DNA of 64,000 nt from Cyclobacteriaceae bacterium (GCA_965601455.1 OZ271831.1:3816268-3880267), one strand, 5' to 3'; positions 28,666 to 39,593 are shown, numbered from the stretch's first letter. Translations and numbers: made by a program. Notes: generated by a model not told the origin, from the sequence alone.

Positions 28666-30024
28666 GTGGAAACAATTGTAATTGCCGGAGCAACTGGATT
28701 TATTGGTCGTTGGTTTATCCATCAATTTCATAAGAAATACAAAATCATCGCCTTAAGTAGGAATACTGTTACCAGTGAAACATATCCAGAAGTAGAATGG
28801 CGGAATGTCGATCTCTATTCCCTTTCGAGTACAGTCGCAGCTCTAAAGGATGCGGATTACGGGCTTTACCTCGTACATTCGATGCAACCGTCAACCAGGC
28901 TTAATCAAGGTAGTTTTGAGGATACCGATCTCCTACTAGCCGACAATTTCGGCAGAGCTGCTGAGCAATGTTGCCTGAAGCAAATTGTCTTTATCGGTGG
29001 TATTCTACCAAAAGATGCATCCGATTACTCTACTCACCTACGGAGTAGGTACGAAACTGAATTAACTCTTGCGAGCAGATCGGTACCAGTCACGGCAATT
29101 CGGGCAGGAATTATTATTGGACCGGGAGGTTCGTCTTTCGATATCATTGAAAAATTGGTCAAAAGATTACCCATTATGGCATGTCCAGCATGGTGTAGGT
29201 CCCCTTCACAACCAATTGATGTTAATGACATGATGAGAGTACTTGAGGAATCTTTCGGCAATGAAAAAGTATTCCATAAGGCCATAGAAGTTGGAGGAAA
29301 AAACACACTTACGTACATGGAATTACTCAGGAAGACTTCGCTCATGATGAATCGAAAGCGACTCATTTTCTCTATTCCCTTTTTCACGTTGGGTTTTTCA
29401 AAGTTATGGGTTGCTCTTTTTTCAAGTAGTAGCAGAACATTTGTTTCCCCACTCATTGAAAGTTTGCGACATGATATGCGGATAAAAGCGCATCAACCGT
29501 ATGTTTTTGGTCCACCGGAGATCGATGTGGATGAAAGTATCAATAAGGCGCTAAATGACAAGGCTCCCATATTGCGAACAAAGACGTCATCAAAAGAGGA
29601 AAAAAACACGGTTAGAAGTGTGCAGCGACTAGCCAATCCCGGGAAAAAACCGGTCGCCTGGATTGCAGAAGCCTATCCTAAATGGTTATCTACCTTCTTT
29701 AGGTATGTTCTAAAAGCTCGTGATATAGATGATGAAATCAGCCTTGGGATATTGGGTATTCAGCTCTTAAGACTCAAATACATGGAAGAACGGAGTGACA
29801 AGGGAAGAAAGCTTTTCTATATCACCGGAGGCCTACTTGTGAAACGTGGGGATCATGGTTGGTTGGAGTTTAGATCGGTGCTAGATAACAAATATGTGAT
29901 CACTGCTATTCATGAATTCGTACCTGCCTTACCATGGTTTTTATATCGCAACACCCAAGCTATTGCCCATCTAATTGTCATGAACCGATTCAATAAATTT
30001 TTATCGAAGCAGCCCTCAGCATAA
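28666..30024 (+). CDS. NAD(P)-binding (atypical SDR/NmrA-like) domain protein with a DUF2867-like C-terminal domain
   Basis: GTG start. It has the Rossmann motif IVIAGATGFIGRW. The C-terminal half resembles DUF2867 as I recall it. Confidence 0.55.
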   Translation: METIVIAGATGFIGRWFIHQFHKKYKIIALSRNTVTSETYPEVEWRNVDLYSLSSTVAALKDADYGLYLVHSMQPSTRLNQGSFEDTDLLLADNFGRAAEQCCLKQIVFIGGILPKDASDYSTHLRSRYETELTLASRSVPVTAIRAGIIIGPGGSSFDIIEKLVKRLPIMACPAWCRSPSQPIDVNDMMRVLEESFGNEKVFHKAIEVGGKNTLTYMELLRKTSLMMNRKRLIFSIPFFTLGFSKLWVALFSSSSRTFVSPLIESLRHDMRIKAHQPYVFGPPEIDVDESINKALNDKAPILRTKTSSKEEKNTVRSVQRLANPGKKPVAWIAEAYPKWLSTFFRYVLKARDIDDEISLGILGIQLLRLKYMEERSDKGRKLFYITGGLLVKRGDHGWLEFRSVLDNKYVITAIHEFVPALPWFLYRNTQAIAHLIVMNRFNKFLSKQPSA

Positions 30025-30326
30025 TAAGAAAGATTCACAATTTCGTTCATATTCCTGAACACCTGCGGACATGAAGGAAGAGCTGCCGCATCCTTAACAA
30101 TCTTTAAATCAGAAGGTTATATACATAGGCATCTTATTTGTTAATGAGTTAGCTGTAAATGTTTCAAGGTAAGACCTAATTATGGGGTCAAACACAGAAG
30201 CCACCTGGATAATGTTGGATAATAATGCCCGGAAAATGGAGGACGAGCATATTCTTCTAGCTTTTCATCCATCGCTACATAGTGCTAGCAAAATATTCTT
30301 TCCAGCATACCTCCGAAAATAGTTTA

Positions 30327-32738
30327 ATGATAAGAAGCTACATTTCCATCGCCATTCGCCAGTTAATTAGAGGCAAAGGCTATTCGGTGTTAAATATTCT
30401 CAGTCTTTCGTTGGGAATGGCTGCATTTCTTGTCATTTATATTTGGACTTCTCATCAGAAGTCGATGGATGGTTTTCATGAGAACAAAGACCATCTCTAC
30501 AGTCTTTATTTCTCGGCAAAAGGTTCTGAAGATGCTCAAAGTGGGTATAAGATTCCACTAAACTATAAATCACCCAGTTGGAATATTAAGGAGAATTTTG
30601 CTGATCAACTAAAGGAATCAATTCCAGGTATTGCCAAGGCTACCGACTACCATTCACTGTATGCCCTGCCCTGGGGCTATCCAAGGACCTTCCAGGTTGG
30701 AGAGGAAAAACAAAAACTTGCCGGCACCGTGGTAGAAAATGATTTTCTCTCCATGTTTTCCATCAATTTATTATCCGGCCAGAAAATCGATGCACTTAAT
30801 TCCGCACGCAATATCTTGATATCGGCTAAAATGAGTAATCTCTTTTTTCCTGATGCTGAAACTGCCATTGGAAAAACAATCCGTTATGAGAACAAAATGG
30901 ATCTGGTTGTAGCCGGTGTCTTTGAAGACTTACCAAATAACAGTTCCTTGCAATTTGACTATTTGTTGAGTTGGAATCTTTTTGAACAGAACCAAATATA
31001 TCGATCTACAAATCATTGGCAGACATTCATCATGCTCGATGAAAACGCCAATCCTGACGCGGTGAATACGGAAATTCAAGACTTCCTTCATGCCAGATTG
31101 ACTGCACTTCCTGATATAGAAGTTTCACTGGGACTTATCCCCTTTCATCAGACCAATCTTTATACAGAGTTCGAGAACGGCAGGCCCTCAGGAGGTAAAG
31201 TGGAGTATTTACAACTTTTCTTGTTCGTAGGATTACTCATCTTAACTCTTGCCTGTATCAATTTTGCCGGAATATCGACGGCTCGATCGGTGAAAAGATC
31301 GAAAGAGGTAGGAGTAAGAAAGGCCATTGGATCAACAAAATTTCATTTGATCGGGCAATTTCTGACCGAAACGTTACTCCTATCCGGTATCGCCATGACG
31401 ATCTCACTTACTGTTGCATCGGTAGTGCTTCCACTACTCAATAGCATGCTGGAGTTGAGTATTGAATTCCCATATCAGGATTTTACATTTTGGATATTGG
31501 CGCTCTGCCTGGCTGTTGGAACAGGACTTCTCGCCGGAATATACCCGGCTTTCGTACTAGCTTCCCAAAGAGCGTTTGTTATCATTCGACGTGATTTTAG
31601 ACTTTCTCCCACGAATGTTCTTTTTCAAAAAGGTCTTGTGGTTTTCCAGTCTTTTCTATCACTGACCATGATAATTGGTGCCTTGATCGTTTATCAACAG
31701 ACTCATTATATCCAGGAAGGTGACCTTGGATACAACCGAGAGAATGTGGTTTACTTACCCGTGGAGGGAGAACTCATCACAAAATATGGGCTATTCAAAA
31801 CGGAGTTGGAAAAAATGCCAGGTATTTCAGGAGTAGATCGGTCTAGTGAAGCACCTCATTCCATGAATTTTGAAGTTGTCGATGCTATCAATTGGCAAGG
31901 AAAAGAACCAAATCAAAAAATTGGATTCTATCCGACTTCTGTCGGATATGATTATGTTGAAATGATGGGTTTACGTGTAGCCGAAGGCAGAAATTTCTCC
32001 AGAGCCATCCAAACTGATTCCTCAGCCTTTCTCATCAATAAACGAGCAGTTCAGGAAATGGGGATCGAAGATCCAATAGGAAAATGGATCTCAGCATGGA
32101 ATAAGAAGGGAAAAATCATTGGAATTCTGGAGGACTATCACATCAATTCCTTACATCAGCCAATCAAGCCTGTTATTATGGATGTTAAGGAAGACTTAAA
32201 TTTTGGAAACATCTTAGTCAAAACTGCTCCCAGTCAAACAACAATGGCCATCGAAAGCATCACAGAAATTTTCAGTCAAATCAATCCTGCCTACGCTTTA
32301 GATCTAAAATTCCTGGATTCAGAATATCAAAAAATGTACAAAAATGAGGTAGCGATATCTAAGTTATCCAGTGTGTTTACCTTCATTTCCATACTCATCT
32401 CTTGCTTTGGGATCATTGGTTTATCAATGACCTCCGCGGAGAAGAGAATGAAAGAAATTGGGATTAGAAAAGTATTAGGCGCCTCAGTCAAACAGCTTGT
32501 TCATTTATTCTCAGCACCATTTATCATATTGGTATTAATTGCAGCTGTTATCGCTATCCCCGTTTCATGGGTGATATTCTCTGAATGGCTCAGCAACTTT
32601 GCCTATCATATTGATTTAGCGTGGTACAATTTCGCAATTGCATCAGGGTTTTTATTGGCCTTAACCTTCCTTTCGATCAGTACCCAGGCTATACGGGCTG
32701 CAACCATCAATCCAGTTGAAACCATAAAATCCGAGTAG
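30327..32738 (+). CDS. ABC transporter permease, FtsX/MacB-like (two FtsX domains), with no adjacent ATPase
   Basis: The ATG at 30327 gives MIRSYISIAIRQLIRGKGYSVLNILSLSLGMAAF, the typical N-terminus of Bacteroidota ~800-aa FtsX-type permeases. Two 4-TM FtsX modules are separated by large periplasmic domains. Confidence 0.85.
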   Translation: MIRSYISIAIRQLIRGKGYSVLNILSLSLGMAAFLVIYIWTSHQKSMDGFHENKDHLYSLYFSAKGSEDAQSGYKIPLNYKSPSWNIKENFADQLKESIPGIAKATDYHSLYALPWGYPRTFQVGEEKQKLAGTVVENDFLSMFSINLLSGQKIDALNSARNILISAKMSNLFFPDAETAIGKTIRYENKMDLVVAGVFEDLPNNSSLQFDYLLSWNLFEQNQIYRSTNHWQTFIMLDENANPDAVNTEIQDFLHARLTALPDIEVSLGLIPFHQTNLYTEFENGRPSGGKVEYLQLFLFVGLLILTLACINFAGISTARSVKRSKEVGVRKAIGSTKFHLIGQFLTETLLLSGIAMTISLTVASVVLPLLNSMLELSIEFPYQDFTFWILALCLAVGTGLLAGIYPAFVLASQRAFVIIRRDFRLSPTNVLFQKGLVVFQSFLSLTMIIGALIVYQQTHYIQEGDLGYNRENVVYLPVEGELITKYGLFKTELEKMPGISGVDRSSEAPHSMNFEVVDAINWQGKEPNQKIGFYPTSVGYDYVEMMGLRVAEGRNFSRAIQTDSSAFLINKRAVQEMGIEDPIGKWISAWNKKGKIIGILEDYHINSLHQPIKPVIMDVKEDLNFGNILVKTAPSQTTMAIESITEIFSQINPAYALDLKFLDSEYQKMYKNEVAISKLSSVFTFISILISCFGIIGLSMTSAEKRMKEIGIRKVLGASVKQLVHLFSAPFIILVLIAAVIAIPVSWVIFSEWLSNFAYHIDLAWYNFAIASGFLLALTFLSISTQAIRAATINPVETIKSE

Positions 32739-32841
32739 AGTTTGGACGAAAAGTGCAATAGGTGATTGAGGGAGATACCTCTGGCTAATCGAAATCAGAT
32801 TTTATTATCTTTCCTGAAGCCAATTTCTTGACCTCACACCT

Positions 32842-34344
32842 ATGAAATCCAAATTACTATTCATTCTTTCTGTTTTTCTGGTTGTTTCCTGTTCCCAACA
32901 GCAAACAGAATCACCAGCCTCTCAAACCGATGACAGGGAACCCATTGTGGTCCGTGGTGACTCATTGGAATTAGATACGGACTATTCCCCGCCCCCGGGA
33001 GATCCCCTCTCTCATCACGCATCGGGTTTTGCGAAAATTTTATGTTCCGCTGTTTTTATTTCCGGCCTGGACTTTGATTTTGCGGCGGAGAATATCGGTT
33101 ACTTCTCTGCTCCCTATGAAGAGCGTTCCAAGTTCGTATCCAGGGAAGTAGACATGGATAACAAAGCTGTTCATGTAACACTTCCCAATGGAATGGTCCG
33201 AACGGCAAAGTATTTCGGAGACCAGGGATGCATTTGTCTCGGCGAAGGAAAAGAAGAACTAAACTTCACTCCAGTGGACATCTCACAAAATCTTCCAGAT
33301 GCCAAAACCACTCCATGGCCCATGGGGGATGCGGATGATGGAAAAGAATTTCCGGCCAACGTGGATGAAGTAAAGGTTCAAGAGGCTTTAGAAACCGCCT
33401 TTGCCAATCCTGAGGGAATGACAGCAGGATTGATTGTCACCTATAAAGGTCAAATAATTGGAGAAAAGTATAAGGAAGGAATCACAAAAGACACTCCTCT
33501 TGAAAGTTGGTCCATGGGTAAAAGTCTTACAGCTATGCTAATGGGTGTGCTTATTCAACAAGGGGTATATGAACTCTACCAAAATGCCCCCATCCCAGAA
33601 TGGCAGGAAAAACCCGATGATCCCAGGGCGAACATCCGTATTGCAGATATCTTAAGGATGTCATCAGGACTACGATTTAGAGCACCTCAAGATCCTGATT
33701 TTGATCCTGACCTTGGTTATCCGGATCATCTTTATGTTTACACTACCAGTGGCAACTCATTTAACTATTCGGCCACAAGACCTCAACAATGGGAACCGAA
33801 TACGGTCGGTCGATATAGAAACTGTGATCCTTCGCTAACGAATTACATGATTCGATTGGCTGTGGAAGGTCGTGGAGAAGAGTATCTTCAGTTTCCTCAA
33901 AAGCACTTATTTGATAAGATCGGAGTTCGAAACATGGTAATGGAGACCGATACGTACGGGAACCTTTTGTTGCAGGGGTATGAATTCGGTACACCGCGAG
34001 ATTGGGCTCGTCTGGGAAATCTTTGCTTAAATGATGGTATATGGAATGATGAGCGCATTCTTCCGGAAGGATTCGTTGACTTTGTCAGCAATGTAGCTCC
34101 TGCGTGGAAGGCCGATGTTCGTAACATCTATGGCGGTTTTTTCTGGATCAATGGCACTGGAAACTTCAATGTCCCAAAAGATGCTTATTTCATGGCTGGC
34201 GCCGGGGGACAGTTCACCATAATAGTTCCGTCGCATGACCTGGTCATTGTAAAGCTGAGCCATTACAAAGGCGCGAGAAAGAGCGGAGAGGATCTAAACA
34301 ATGCTTTGACTTTGCTGATGGAAGCTGTTCCGGCCAGTAGATAA
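32842..34344 (+). CDS. Serine hydrolase, beta-lactamase family, lipoprotein
   Basis: It has a lipobox (LVVSC) and SxxK (SMGKS). Confidence 0.75.
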   Translation: MKSKLLFILSVFLVVSCSQQQTESPASQTDDREPIVVRGDSLELDTDYSPPPGDPLSHHASGFAKILCSAVFISGLDFDFAAENIGYFSAPYEERSKFVSREVDMDNKAVHVTLPNGMVRTAKYFGDQGCICLGEGKEELNFTPVDISQNLPDAKTTPWPMGDADDGKEFPANVDEVKVQEALETAFANPEGMTAGLIVTYKGQIIGEKYKEGITKDTPLESWSMGKSLTAMLMGVLIQQGVYELYQNAPIPEWQEKPDDPRANIRIADILRMSSGLRFRAPQDPDFDPDLGYPDHLYVYTTSGNSFNYSATRPQQWEPNTVGRYRNCDPSLTNYMIRLAVEGRGEEYLQFPQKHLFDKIGVRNMVMETDTYGNLLLQGYEFGTPRDWARLGNLCLNDGIWNDERILPEGFVDFVSNVAPAWKADVRNIYGGFFWINGTGNFNVPKDAYFMAGAGGQFTIIVPSHDLVIVKLSHYKGARKSGEDLNNALTLLMEAVPASR

Positions 34345-34513
34345 TCGCCAACAGCAATCGATCCCGTATTCCCAATGGTCTCGATTTTTCCGATTCAAGG
34401 ATACAATCATCAACTGGTAAATACCTTTAAAAAGAAAGTTTAAAAAAAATTCCGGTAATCTGTAATAAATCATCGATTCCGGTAATCATAGATGAATACC
34501 TAAAGCTTCACTA

Positions 34514-35008
34514 GTGGAAGAATCCGAATTTGTCAACGAAATAACCAGCAACCAAGCTATTATTCATAAGGTGTGTAGAATGTATACACCTAAGGGAGAG
34601 CCCTACGATGACATCTTCCAGGAAATTCTTCTTCAGCTCTGGAAATCACAATCTAGTTACGACCCTAACCGAAATACCAAGTTTACCACATGGATGTACC
34701 GTGTTGCACTAAACACAGCCATCAATTCACTAAGAAAGTCGAAAAAGAATCTACAGCTGGAGCAAATCAATGAAGACCTCAATGTCTTGGAATCTGACGA
34801 AGACGATTCAGAAAGAAGTTTGGATCAGATGCACGCTGCCATTGACCAACTGGAAAAAGTTGAAAAGGGACTCATCCTTCTTTACCTGGACGACAGATCA
34901 TACAAAGAAATGGCGGAGATCATGGGGATCTCTGAGAGCAATATTGGAGTGAGAATTAACAGAATTAAGAAAAAGTTGAAATCAATAATGACCGAAAGCG
35001 ATGGATGA
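34514..35008 (+). CDS. RNA polymerase ECF-type sigma-70 factor
   Basis: GTG start. Region 2 (DIFQEILLQLWKSQSSYDPNRNTKFTTWMYRVALNTAINSLRK) and region 4 (LILLYLDDRSYKEMAEIMGISESNIGVRINRIKKKL) are both present. Confidence 0.85.
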   Translation: MEESEFVNEITSNQAIIHKVCRMYTPKGEPYDDIFQEILLQLWKSQSSYDPNRNTKFTTWMYRVALNTAINSLRKSKKNLQLEQINEDLNVLESDEDDSERSLDQMHAAIDQLEKVEKGLILLYLDDRSYKEMAEIMGISESNIGVRINRIKKKLKSIMTESDG

Positions 35009-35597
35009 ACTATTAGAAAACTACAGGAAAGAAAGATTCTCTGACCAAAAGATGGATTCTTATTCATCGCAGCATATTCAAAGTTTGATCAGAGAAGGGT
35101 CTGACAAAAGACTGGGAAAGATTAAACTCAATATTAAGATCGAACTGCTTTTGGCGGTTATCATCTCATTGGCAGTTTTCTTTTTCGTATGGTTAAATTT
35201 CATTGAAAGCTGGAAGTTGATCTATACTGCATTTATAGTTACGCTGACTTCCACTTTTTATTTCCTGCTGTACCGAAGAATCAAAGGTCTTTCATTTACA
35301 AAATCAGATGTAAAAACATCCTTACAACAGGCCATTGATTACCTGGAGTCAACATTTAAGTTGTACTACCGTATGACCGTTTTCGGTTTTCCCTCTCTCT
35401 ATTTCGGATTTCTCATCCCGGCGCACTACCTCAAATATGGCTCGTTTTCAGGCTTATTAGAGGAAAATATTTTGCTATTGCTCATAGGCCTGGGAATATC
35501 AATCACGTTACCTCCTACAACTCGCTGGATAATAAAATACGTCTATCAAAAACACATTGACGAGCTAAAAACCAATCTGAATATTTTAAAAAATTAA
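35001..35597 (+). CDS. Membrane protein, possible anti-sigma partner
   Basis: It overlaps the sigma gene by 8 nt. It has about 4 TM helices and no zinc-finger anti-sigma motif. Confidence 0.4.
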   Translation: MDELLENYRKERFSDQKMDSYSSQHIQSLIREGSDKRLGKIKLNIKIELLLAVIISLAVFFFVWLNFIESWKLIYTAFIVTLTSTFYFLLYRRIKGLSFTKSDVKTSLQQAIDYLESTFKLYYRMTVFGFPSLYFGFLIPAHYLKYGSFSGLLEENILLLLIGLGISITLPPTTRWIIKYVYQKHIDELKTNLNILKN

Positions 35598-35667
35598 GGT
35601 CCGTTGTAAGTTTTTTCCAAATCTGCTAATCATGGGGAAAACAAGGTTTAACTAAAAACAGAATACA

Positions 35668-37521
35668 ATGGAATTAAGGAAAGGGATAGGAGTGATTGGT
35701 CTTTTATTAGTCGCAACACTAAATACATTTTCCCAACAGACAGAACAATGGATGACATCCAAACTCGAAGGTAATCCAGTCGGATATTACTACATGAGTG
35801 AAGACACGGAAGGTGATATAACAACCTCGATACTGGAAACAAAGCTTGTTCTCAATAGGCTCAATAATAAGATTGAGATGATAACAGAGTCCAGTTACAC
35901 AGAGGACCTGAATGGCCTTCTACGGGTGGAACACATATTGAAAATTTCTGACCAGGAAACAAAAACCATGGCAGAGGTGATTGAAGGTGGACTAAAGGTC
36001 ATTTCAAGTGTGAATGGTGCCAATTTCGAGCAAATACTTGACAATGATCAGGTTTTATACGGCCCCTCGTCAATAAAGATTGCAACAGTCGACCATTTGA
36101 AAAACGTGGGTGACACCATCGAGTTTTCGTCTTATGTCCCGGAGTTCGGTAAGATACTTTCTACCAAAAGAGTGCTGGTATCAAAGAGTATGGATCGATT
36201 AGAGGTAAAGGACATGATTGAAGGTTTTCCGGAGATGATTTATCAGCTCGATCGATCAGGCAATATAATTCAGCTCGCTTCACGAACACCTTTTGGCATG
36301 ATGGAAACTTCAGTATCCTCCATGGAGACTGCAAAAAATGCAAGCGAAGGCACAATCCTACCGGATGAGATCTTTGATCAGACGATGGTCAGGAATAATG
36401 TACGGTTTGCGGATGCACGAGCCATAGATGAGTTGGTGATTAAGGTTTCAGGAAAAGACAAATCATTGGGCTTACCGAATTTGGAAGGTTCAAATCAAGA
36501 ATTAATTGAGAAAGCAGATGATTATGTCATCCTGAAGATTACCCGGCCGGAAGTAGACTTCCAGAACCTTTCAAATCCAAAGGAAAATCCTGAACTAGTG
36601 GAGTTTCTTGAACCCAACGCGTACATAACATCAAATAATGATGAAATTCAAGGTGTAGTTGAGGGTATTTCAACTGGTGATGTACTGGCGGATTGCCAGA
36701 ACTTACAAAACTGGGTATCGGAAAATATGAACTTTGATCTTGGAATTGTTTTGGCGCCGGCTTCAGAGGTCATTAAAAATAAGAAAGGTACCTGCAGCGA
36801 GTATACGACACTTCTGACTTCATTGTACAGGGCAAACAACATTCCAGCTCGGATGGCTATGGGATTCGTCTACATGAACGGTATTTGGGGTGGACATGCA
36901 TGGCCTGAAGTATATATAGATAACCAGTGGGTACCATTTGATGCGGCCATTCCAGGTAAGGAAGTTGCTGATGCTGCCCGACTGCGTTTTGCTTCATCCA
37001 GTCTGGCAGATGGACCTGGTGAACTGAATGGAAAAAGTGGCATTCAAATGTACGGAAATGCCATTATTGAGACACTCTCCTATAAAGTTGGAGACAGGGA
37101 ATATTTTCAAGAAAGTGATAAGCCTTACTTGATTGATGGACAGCAATACGTAAATAAAGGTCTTGGTTTAAGAATCTCAATTCCTTCTTCTTTTGGTTAT
37201 GAGGATCAGGACGACGTTTGGCCTGAATCTCGATTCCTCAGCGTAAAAGGTTCCTCCGATGAAAAAGTAACTTTCTATCAACGGAGCATTCTTCCGGGCC
37301 AGGTTTTATCCGAGGAAATGAAAAAAGCCGTGGCTGAAATAACAGACGGTGAAGTAAGGAAAAGAAAAGAAGAACTTCGGTCCGTCACAGCAGATGGGAA
37401 CGTACTCGTCCGAGCTATCACAATGGGAAATGAATTCGTCCTCATTAAATACGAAAGCGAAAATGCGGAGGAGCTTGCAAATAAAGTAGATATTGAATTC
37501 ACAGACTTCAATGCCTTATGA
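35668..37521 (+). CDS. Secreted transglutaminase-like (cysteine protease fold) domain protein
   Basis: It has a signal peptide and a Cys-His-Asp triad context (KGTCSEYTTLLTSLYRANNIPARMAMGF, GGHAWPEVY, WVPFDAA). Confidence 0.7.
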   Translation: MELRKGIGVIGLLLVATLNTFSQQTEQWMTSKLEGNPVGYYYMSEDTEGDITTSILETKLVLNRLNNKIEMITESSYTEDLNGLLRVEHILKISDQETKTMAEVIEGGLKVISSVNGANFEQILDNDQVLYGPSSIKIATVDHLKNVGDTIEFSSYVPEFGKILSTKRVLVSKSMDRLEVKDMIEGFPEMIYQLDRSGNIIQLASRTPFGMMETSVSSMETAKNASEGTILPDEIFDQTMVRNNVRFADARAIDELVIKVSGKDKSLGLPNLEGSNQELIEKADDYVILKITRPEVDFQNLSNPKENPELVEFLEPNAYITSNNDEIQGVVEGISTGDVLADCQNLQNWVSENMNFDLGIVLAPASEVIKNKKGTCSEYTTLLTSLYRANNIPARMAMGFVYMNGIWGGHAWPEVYIDNQWVPFDAAIPGKEVADAARLRFASSSLADGPGELNGKSGIQMYGNAIIETLSYKVGDREYFQESDKPYLIDGQQYVNKGLGLRISIPSSFGYEDQDDVWPESRFLSVKGSSDEKVTFYQRSILPGQVLSEEMKKAVAEITDGEVRKRKEELRSVTADGNVLVRAITMGNEFVLIKYESENAEELANKVDIEFTDFNAL

Positions 37522-37558
37522 TAAAAGCCAGTTATAGTATTAACTAAGACGACATCAA

Positions 37559-37588
37559 AAGGCAGGTATTATCCTGCCTTTTCTGTTT
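37559..37588 (+). terminator. Rho-independent terminator
   Basis: aaggcagg-tattat-cctgcctt followed by ttctgttt. Confidence 0.6.
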
Positions 37589-37682
37589 AAATGGTAATCA
37601 GAACGGCGTTCCTTTTGGACGAAGAATGATCTAGATTTGCATTCCCATAATTTTTTGGGACAGCTGATCAGAGTAGTAGAAA

Positions 37683-38045
37683 ATGCAAAACGATCCCGAA
37701 CTTAATCCTAAATTCCTTGGTACCATTTCCAGCGATTTCGTAAAGGTCGCTGACCTGTTGAAGGAAGCTGCTTACCAGGTTAAAAGGAGAGATATATCCG
37801 ATTTTCCAATTTTTCCAGTCTCTAAAACCGAGTTACCAATAGGCTCGATATTATATGAAAAGGGGAAAATGGAGAATGACTGGAATTACTACATCTCCTT
37901 TATGGAGGAATTTATCCAGCGTGAGATTATTACAAACGAGAGTGACTTCAAGGGCATATACAAAGATCCGGAAGAGTTCTGCTGCCTTTTTATCGTAGAG
38001 GAAGACTTCACAAATTTCCTGTTTATTCCTTATCCGGTGGATTAG
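37683..38045 (+). CDS. Hypothetical cytoplasmic protein
   Basis: 120-aa ORF with no recognised motif. Confidence 0.35.
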   Translation: MQNDPELNPKFLGTISSDFVKVADLLKEAAYQVKRRDISDFPIFPVSKTELPIGSILYEKGKMENDWNYYISFMEEFIQREIITNESDFKGIYKDPEEFCCLFIVEEDFTNFLFIPYPVD

Positions 38046-38112
38046 TTTTAGTTGAATAGAATGTTAGTGAGTGGTTAATTAGTTGATTGTAAAATGGACA
38101 GGTATAGAGTAA

Positions 38113-38454
38113 TCAATTATTCTGTTTCCTGTTCCTCAGGTAGGATATATATCCATTCAAAGTTTTGAGTAAATCAATGTTAAGGCCTTTTAGTCTTTCA
38201 TAATTCTCCGTTGAAATCATATTTTCATCCAACGCACAAGTCAAATGGTCAAAAGTCTCTACCAGGCTACCCCTAGCTTGACGACAAAACTGAATATTCT
38301 CTTGATAATGATATCTGCCATGTCCCTCAGCGATGTTTGCCGACACTGACCTTGAGGATCTGAGTAATTGATCAGTCAACCTATATCTCTCTTCTTTTGG
38401 CAAACTCTTTACCAATACGAAATTTCGTTTCGATAGTCCCTGGATTTGACCCAT
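38113..38454 (-). CDS. Four-helix-bundle protein (23S rRNA intervening-sequence protein family)
   Basis: SVSANIAEGHGRYHYQENIQFCRQARGSLVETFDHL is the family signature. Confidence 0.8.
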   Translation of the reverse strand: MGQIQGLSKRNFVLVKSLPKEERYRLTDQLLRSSRSVSANIAEGHGRYHYQENIQFCRQARGSLVETFDHLTCALDENMISTENYERLKGLNIDLLKTLNGYISYLRNRKQNN

Positions 38455-38563
38455 ACCTTCAAATTTTCAAGAGAATAGCCAGTCATCATTTTAAATTACA
38501 AATAACCCTTTAATCTCCCAAACGAATGGTGAACTAACTACTAACCATTTAACCACCAACTAA

Positions 38564-39139
38564 TCAACTACTCTTCTCCTTCCCTTCCACAGCCTTCTCC
38601 AGCTTATCAAACCACTCCCGACCGTACTTTCTTACCAGGGCCTCTTCCAGAAATTTGTAGACAGGTACCTTTAGTTGCTCCCCAAGATCACAAGCTGGAG
38701 AACATATCTCCCACTGATCGTAATTCAATGCATCATATCCATGAAGCTTAGTAATTCTGATGGGATATAAATGACAACTGACCGGCTTTCGAAAATCAGT
38801 CTTTCCATCTTTCCAGGCTTGCTCAATGGAACACTTTAATATGTCCTTTTCATCGCGATAAGCAAATACACATTCTCTCCCATTAATAGTTGTAGTCGAA
38901 AAATCGCCTTCTTCGTCCAAAATATAACCTCCCTCTTTCTCGAGAACCTCTAACGACTCCTTGGGTAGGTACTCTTTCACCATTTCCACAGCCTCTTCCA
39001 CCTTATCCAATTCATCCTCCTCCAAAGGCGCTCCCAAATCTCCTTCCACGCAACATGCTCCTTTGCATTTTGCTAAATCACATACGAAATGTTCTTCCTC
39101 CACTCCGGAAGACACCACCTTGTTTTCAACTACAATCAT
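38564..39139 (-). CDS. DUF3109 family protein (Cys-rich)
   Basis: It has the N-terminal FVCDLAKCKGACCVEGDLGAPL motif and conserved downstream cysteines. Confidence 0.7.
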   Translation of the reverse strand: MIVVENKVVSSGVEEEHFVCDLAKCKGACCVEGDLGAPLEEDELDKVEEAVEMVKEYLPKESLEVLEKEGGYILDEEGDFSTTTINGRECVFAYRDEKDILKCSIEQAWKDGKTDFRKPVSCHLYPIRITKLHGYDALNYDQWEICSPACDLGEQLKVPVYKFLEEALVRKYGREWFDKLEKAVEGKEKSS

Positions 39140-39230
39140 GTCGTAAATATAGCCGACCTGGAGGCATCCGCTACTGCATCAGTCAGCAGGATCTTTGCTT
39201 ATCCGTGTAATAAATATTACTTTCGCTTTC

Positions 39231-39593
39231 ATGCGTTACATTTTTGGCATATTCATTCTGGCATTTTGTTGTGATGCAAAATACATTCCTGAAGACGGAG
39301 TATATTCCGTAGCTGAGGAAATGCCAGAGTATGAAGCCGGAATGAAAGTCTTCGCCACACACATCGACAGTTTTGTCAAAACCTGTGAATACCAGCAAAA
39401 CGGTGACGTCTTTGTGTCCTTTGTCGTCAAGACCGATGGTCAACTGGACGACTTTCGGGTGGTTCGAAGTGTGGCCCATCCAAATGATTCTCTAGCTATT
39501 TATGCTATTAAATCCGCTCCTATGAAGTGGAAACCGGGAATTGATGATGGTCAGCCGGTAGAGGTGGAGATGGTCTACTCCGTAGAATTCTAA
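39231..39593 (+). CDS. TonB C-terminal domain-like (energy transducer TonB family) protein
   Basis: The ATG at 39231 gives a signal anchor (MRYIFGIFILAFCC). EEMPEYEAGMKVFATHI...VFVSFVVKTDGQLDDFRVVRS...KWKPG matches the TonB_C pattern. Confidence 0.6.
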   Translation: MRYIFGIFILAFCCDAKYIPEDGVYSVAEEMPEYEAGMKVFATHIDSFVKTCEYQQNGDVFVSFVVKTDGQLDDFRVVRSVAHPNDSLAIYAIKSAPMKWKPGIDDGQPVEVEMVYSVEF

